A DNA stretch of 63,992 nt, filler included, from an uncultured Methanosarcinales archaeon (GTDB lineage: Archaea; Nanobdellota; Nanobdellia; Woesearchaeales; CAZKBD01), in NCBI GenBank assembly GCA_964550945.1. It is 5 parts of 5 records of this genome, joined end to end, with 100 filler letters (N's around TTAATTAATTAA, not from the genome) between each part and the next. Parts side by side here need not be neighbours in the genome. Positions count along the whole stretch, not along the records: positions 56,916 to 63,992 come from CAZKBD010000087.1; 4 more parts are not named here. One strand, 5' to 3'. How positions within the stretch are numbered: the stretch's first letter is position 1; each line of letters starts with the position of its first letter. The notes under the pieces are model-generated. The model searched no databases, had not been told where the DNA came from, and saw only the letters and a list, made by a program, of their open reading frames with translations. Made by a program: the position numbers and the translations under genes. Shown here piece by piece: positions 60,611-63,992 of the stretch.

Positions 60611-60987
60611 TAAATCACACCTGGATAGCTTGTAGATTTATTTCCTAGATTGATAAAGATTACGCCAAAGATTATGGTTATAATGCCTATCCATTTAAGA
60701 ATGGTTAATGACTCTCCCAAAAAGATAACTGAGAACCAGCCAACCCATACATAGCTAGTAGAGACTATTGGATAAAGGACTGTAACTTCACCGCCTTTAA
60801 ATGCCTTAACCATCAATATAAAAGCCAGAAAATACAAAAAAAGGCCGATATAGAGGTAATGATTAGTGACAATTGAGATAAGATTAAATGAAAGTTTTGC
60901 AGAACCAAGCTTATAGAAGATTTGGGCCAAAGAAGTGAAGAATGTGATTAGGACCATTAATGCAACTGCCCATAGTTTTGTAGCCAT
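60610..60987 (-). CDS. EamA/SMR-like four-TM transporter (paralogue)
   Basis: AFKGGEVTVLYPI...SYVW...LGE.....KWIG. Confidence 0.85.
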   Translation of the reverse strand: MATKLWAVALMVLITFFTSLAQIFYKLGSAKLSFNLISIVTNHYLYIGLFLYFLAFILMVKAFKGGEVTVLYPIVSTSYVWVGWFSVIFLGESLTILKWIGIITIIFGVIFINLGNKSTSYPGVI

Positions 60988-60996
60988 TTTCACTCT

Positions 60997-61064
60997 GTCA
61001 AAAACCACCCCTCATAAGCAGGTGGCATATTTGAATTACCTCTAAATATTAAGTGGTTTTTGAT
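60997..61064 (+). mobile_element. IS200/IS605-like palindromic mini-element
   Basis: GTCAAAAAC-CACCCCTCATAAGCAGGTGG-CATA...GTGGTTTTTGAT. Confidence 0.45.
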
Positions 61065-61067
61065 ACT

Positions 61068-61148
61068 TAGCATTCCACTCATAATAAACTTGGTTTTTGA
61101 GCACAATAGATTCCACTTTGATCAACTACAAAGATGAGTGGAATGCTA
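61068..61148. mobile_element. TA-ended MITE-like element with 15-bp perfect inverted repeats, overlapping the secD stop
   Basis: TAGCATTCCACTCAT...ATGAGTGGAATGCTA. Confidence 0.55.
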
Positions 61149-62849
61149 TTGTTTTAAAAGTATCTCAACAACCGCAGCATAAGTCGGCCTTACCAAGAAT
61201 ACGCCAATTGAAGCTCCGATTATTGTTGTTATGGCAAATCCTTTCAATAATCCCGCGCCAGCAAATACCAAAGGCAGCATCGCAACAAATATTGTCGAAT
61301 AAGATCCCATAATAATAAAGAATGCTCCTTTCAATCTTTCTTTCCAGTTGAATATGGATTTTATCTCGCCCCTCAAAGTCTCATCTGTAATGACAATCAG
61401 ATTATCAACGCCTGTTCCAATAACTATTATGATGCCTGCAATAGAAGCTAAGTCAAGATTCCATCCTATCAAGGCTGCTACTCCCAATATCATAACCAGC
61501 TCTGAAACTAGAGTCAGGCATATTGGGATTGCAATCTTTAATTGCCTATACCTTACAAAAATCAATAGTGAAACAACAAGCACAGCAATCAGGCCGACAA
61601 ATAACGCATTCTTGATAAACTCCTGCCCCAGCGCAGGCGATATTGCGTCTGTCTTTATTATATCGAGCTTGACAGGCAAAGAGCCAGTGATTAATATTGT
61701 CTGCAGCCTTTTCATATTTTTAAGTGCTTCAAATGCTGCCTGCTGCTGGTTTCCGCCAACACCAGAACCGGATATCTGGATGTCTGTAACATCTGTTTTT
61801 CCTTTTAATTCAGAGCCTATGTTCAATTCATCAACCTGCTTATCATCAAGGAACAACAAAAGCTTCTCAGAAAGGTATTGGTTTTTATCTTCTGTTATAA
61901 CATCTAATTTAGAAGTAAGCTTCCCTTGCCGTTCAGCAGCTTCTTTACTGACAGAGATAGAAAATCTAAATCTGCAGAACCACTGGTTTTGAGACTGGCC
62001 GCAGCCATAATTCGGATCAATGCCAGCGCAGTCTGCTGATCTGCACACATATTTTATATCCTGGCCGCCAATGAACACCGTTTCATTCCCGATCTTTGCT
62101 TCGAATTTGCCTTGCTTTGCTAATAGGTCTTTAACTTCTTCCTCATTTGCTCCTGCGATCTCAACAAGGATATATTGGTTGCCTGAAAGGTCTCCTGCAG
62201 ACCTGATCGTTAGATCACTAAGGCCATAAACATTAAGGCGCTCTTTCATATTATCTATCAATGTGTTGGCTTCATCATCAGAAAGCTTTGCCTGCGGCTG
62301 CAGCAATACTCTTGTTCCGCCCTGTAAATCCAAGCCTTGCTTTATATTGGATGTAGGAGCTCCATATACATTTAAGCCAATATCTTCTAAGCCGCCTGGT
62401 ATTTTTTTTGGGGCAGTTATTGTTTTATTGATAGTCTTATTGACCAAAGAACCGCTCTCATTAACCTGGATTATCTCCTGCACAACTTTTGTTTCTGTTT
62501 CATTTAATTCTATAAATCCTGTTCTTGTTGTTAATTTGTATAATCCCTTGTTTGTTTTTATCTGTAATGTGGCATTAGGCTCTAATTTTAGCGTGGCTCC
62601 ATAATAATCATTAAGGTTTTTTATTGGCGCATTATCTATTGCAATAACCCTCTCGCGGCTCATTGGCTGCGTGTTTGGCTGTGGATTTGATATATCAGCA
62701 ATGTTTGCAGAAGAATTTAAGGTAACGCTTCTTATTGCAACGCCTTCAGCCCAAGGATTAGGGTGGATAGCTGTTACTGCCAAAACTAGCGAAATCAATA
62801 AGATGATTACCCTTACATTTGTAAATAACTTTTTTATTTTTCTATTCAT
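61146..62849 (-). CDS. secD: Protein translocase subunit SecD
   Basis: GLDLQGG, ERLN.YGL, GSLPV, ISPALG, LASIAG...IGTGVD, LKGFA.TT. Confidence 0.93.
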   Translation of the reverse strand: MNRKIKKLFTNVRVIILLISLVLAVTAIHPNPWAEGVAIRSVTLNSSANIADISNPQPNTQPMSRERVIAIDNAPIKNLNDYYGATLKLEPNATLQIKTNKGLYKLTTRTGFIELNETETKVVQEIIQVNESGSLVNKTINKTITAPKKIPGGLEDIGLNVYGAPTSNIKQGLDLQGGTRVLLQPQAKLSDDEANTLIDNMKERLNVYGLSDLTIRSAGDLSGNQYILVEIAGANEEEVKDLLAKQGKFEAKIGNETVFIGGQDIKYVCRSADCAGIDPNYGCGQSQNQWFCRFRFSISVSKEAAERQGKLTSKLDVITEDKNQYLSEKLLLFLDDKQVDELNIGSELKGKTDVTDIQISGSGVGGNQQQAAFEALKNMKRLQTILITGSLPVKLDIIKTDAISPALGQEFIKNALFVGLIAVLVVSLLIFVRYRQLKIAIPICLTLVSELVMILGVAALIGWNLDLASIAGIIIVIGTGVDNLIVITDETLRGEIKSIFNWKERLKGAFFIIMGSYSTIFVAMLPLVFAGAGLLKGFAITTIIGASIGVFLVRPTYAAVVEILLKQ

Positions 62850-63958
62850 TTTCGCTTTTTCTCAAGATACATCAGTAGTATAGCTGCGTTTTGCAGCCAT
62901 GTGTAGATTATATCAGCTACTAATCCAATAAGCACTATTGTCATGATTTGCGCTATAGTGTCAGATCCGGTAAATATTAAGGCTATGCCAACTGCCAAGA
63001 AAGTTGTAAGAGTCATCATGATCCCTGTTTTAAAAGCCCCAAAGGTTTTATCCATACTGGTCCCTTCTTTTCTTTTTAAGAGCCTTGTTGTAAGAAGTAT
63101 GTCTGTATCAACAGAGTAACCAATCAACATTAAAAAAGCTGCAATTCCTGCTGTGCTTATCCTCATTCCAATAAGATTGACAACTGCTAAAGTCACAGTT
63201 ATATCAGAGAAAGCGCAGAGTATAACTGTAATGCTGGGGATGCTATTTATTGCGTATATTATCATCAGAACAGGCCCCAGTATATATGCTACCACATCTG
63301 TCGCAAAGCTTTTGTTTATCAGTAAACAGTAAGCTGAAGTCAATGTCAGTATTACAGATACAATCTTGTACTTGAAGCTGGTTCCAAAGAACAAGAACAC
63401 AACCATTGCCATAAACAAAAATGCAATATATATCGTCTTGAAAGTCTCTTTAAAGAAGCTTGCTCCTAATGAAGAGCCCATAGTCTCCACAGTATAATTG
63501 TCCTTTGTCAGCTTGATATCAAGATTTTTCTCAATTGAGGCCAATAGCTGGTCAGATTTCTCGCTGGCAAGATCCGCGCTTATAGTGATTCCTGATGTTG
63601 TTGTCAGGCTTTTTAATAGCCTGACTGAAATATCGCTGCCAGGAAAATCTGACATGATATCAGCTTGCAGCAGGTCTGGATTTGCATCTTTATCAGTAAG
63701 CACCGTAACAGTCAAGCCGCCTTTTAAAGAAACATCTTTCCTGATAAAATCTCCTGTGGTTGCTGTTTGGACAGCAATCTGGATAATCGCTAATATTAGA
63801 ATCAAAACTGGAATGATTAATAGCTTTTTATAGTTTGAAGCATAAAAATTCTTTATAACCGTAACTAATGGCTTTTTTTCTTTTGGCTTATCTTCAATAG
63901 CAGGTTTCTTAGCCCCAATAACTGGCTTTACTCCTTCATTTGGGTAATTATCTTCCAT
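62846..63958 (-). CDS. secF: Protein translocase subunit SecF
   Basis: LKGG, GSSLG, AGIAAFLMLIGYSVDTDILL, T..TT, IGL..D...TW.QNA. Confidence 0.92.
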   Translation of the reverse strand: MEDNYPNEGVKPVIGAKKPAIEDKPKEKKPLVTVIKNFYASNYKKLLIIPVLILILAIIQIAVQTATTGDFIRKDVSLKGGLTVTVLTDKDANPDLLQADIMSDFPGSDISVRLLKSLTTTSGITISADLASEKSDQLLASIEKNLDIKLTKDNYTVETMGSSLGASFFKETFKTIYIAFLFMAMVVFLFFGTSFKYKIVSVILTLTSAYCLLINKSFATDVVAYILGPVLMIIYAINSIPSITVILCAFSDITVTLAVVNLIGMRISTAGIAAFLMLIGYSVDTDILLTTRLLKRKEGTSMDKTFGAFKTGIMMTLTTFLAVGIALIFTGSDTIAQIMTIVLIGLVADIIYTWLQNAAILLMYLEKKRK

Positions 63959-63992
63959 ATTGCTCAAAAATAGCGATTTATTAATAAAGTTT

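Noticed and set aside
29..63833. Many short antisense ORFs in the track (e.g. 29-337, 7074-7589, 26005-26595, 48357-48773, 61348-61992)
   Set aside because: They lie wholly opposite well-supported genes and lack SD sequences or motifs; they are shadow ORFs.

Overview
Low-GC archaeal metagenome-assembled sequence, most consistent with Woesearchaeota/DPANN (evidence: rpl37e next to SmAP, sepF, aglB, secD/secF, KaiC-like ATPases, BRE/TATA promoters, GGTGA/GGAGG ribosome-binding sites). It is not continuous. Four N-linkers carrying TTAATTAATTAA join five separate contigs: 1-14420, 14521-28735, 28836-43037, 43138-56815 and 56916-63992. Contig 1 holds a surface-repeat protein fused to a HerA-like ATPase, a KaiC-like cluster, ahcY with one in-frame stop, an Lrp regulator and ppsA. 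Contig 2 holds two Ddl-like ATP-grasp ligases, a MurL-like PP-loop enzyme, kamA, a bacterial-type metK, transporters, sepF, SmAP and L37e. Contig 3 holds a giant LamG surface protein, a Kef/YhbY/hypothetical operon, vapBC, TrmB and tandem kinase-like paralogues. Contig 4 holds aglB, Cys-rich surface proteins and Fic. Contig 5 holds an AbiE-like pair, pyrH, an EamA pair and secDF. The strongest leads are: (i) a conserved two-helix N-terminal leader placed in front of internal prepilin- or lipobox-like signals on three unrelated surface proteins; (ii) a putative beta-lysine peptide biosynthetic cluster; (iii) the receptor-like HerA fusion beside the KaiC cluster; (iv) two families of small hairpin mobile elements, one nested and one covarying; (v) three AbrB-like micro-regulators sharing a palindromic site. 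All family assignments come from motif recognition by eye; no searches were run. No tRNA, rRNA or CRISPR array was seen.
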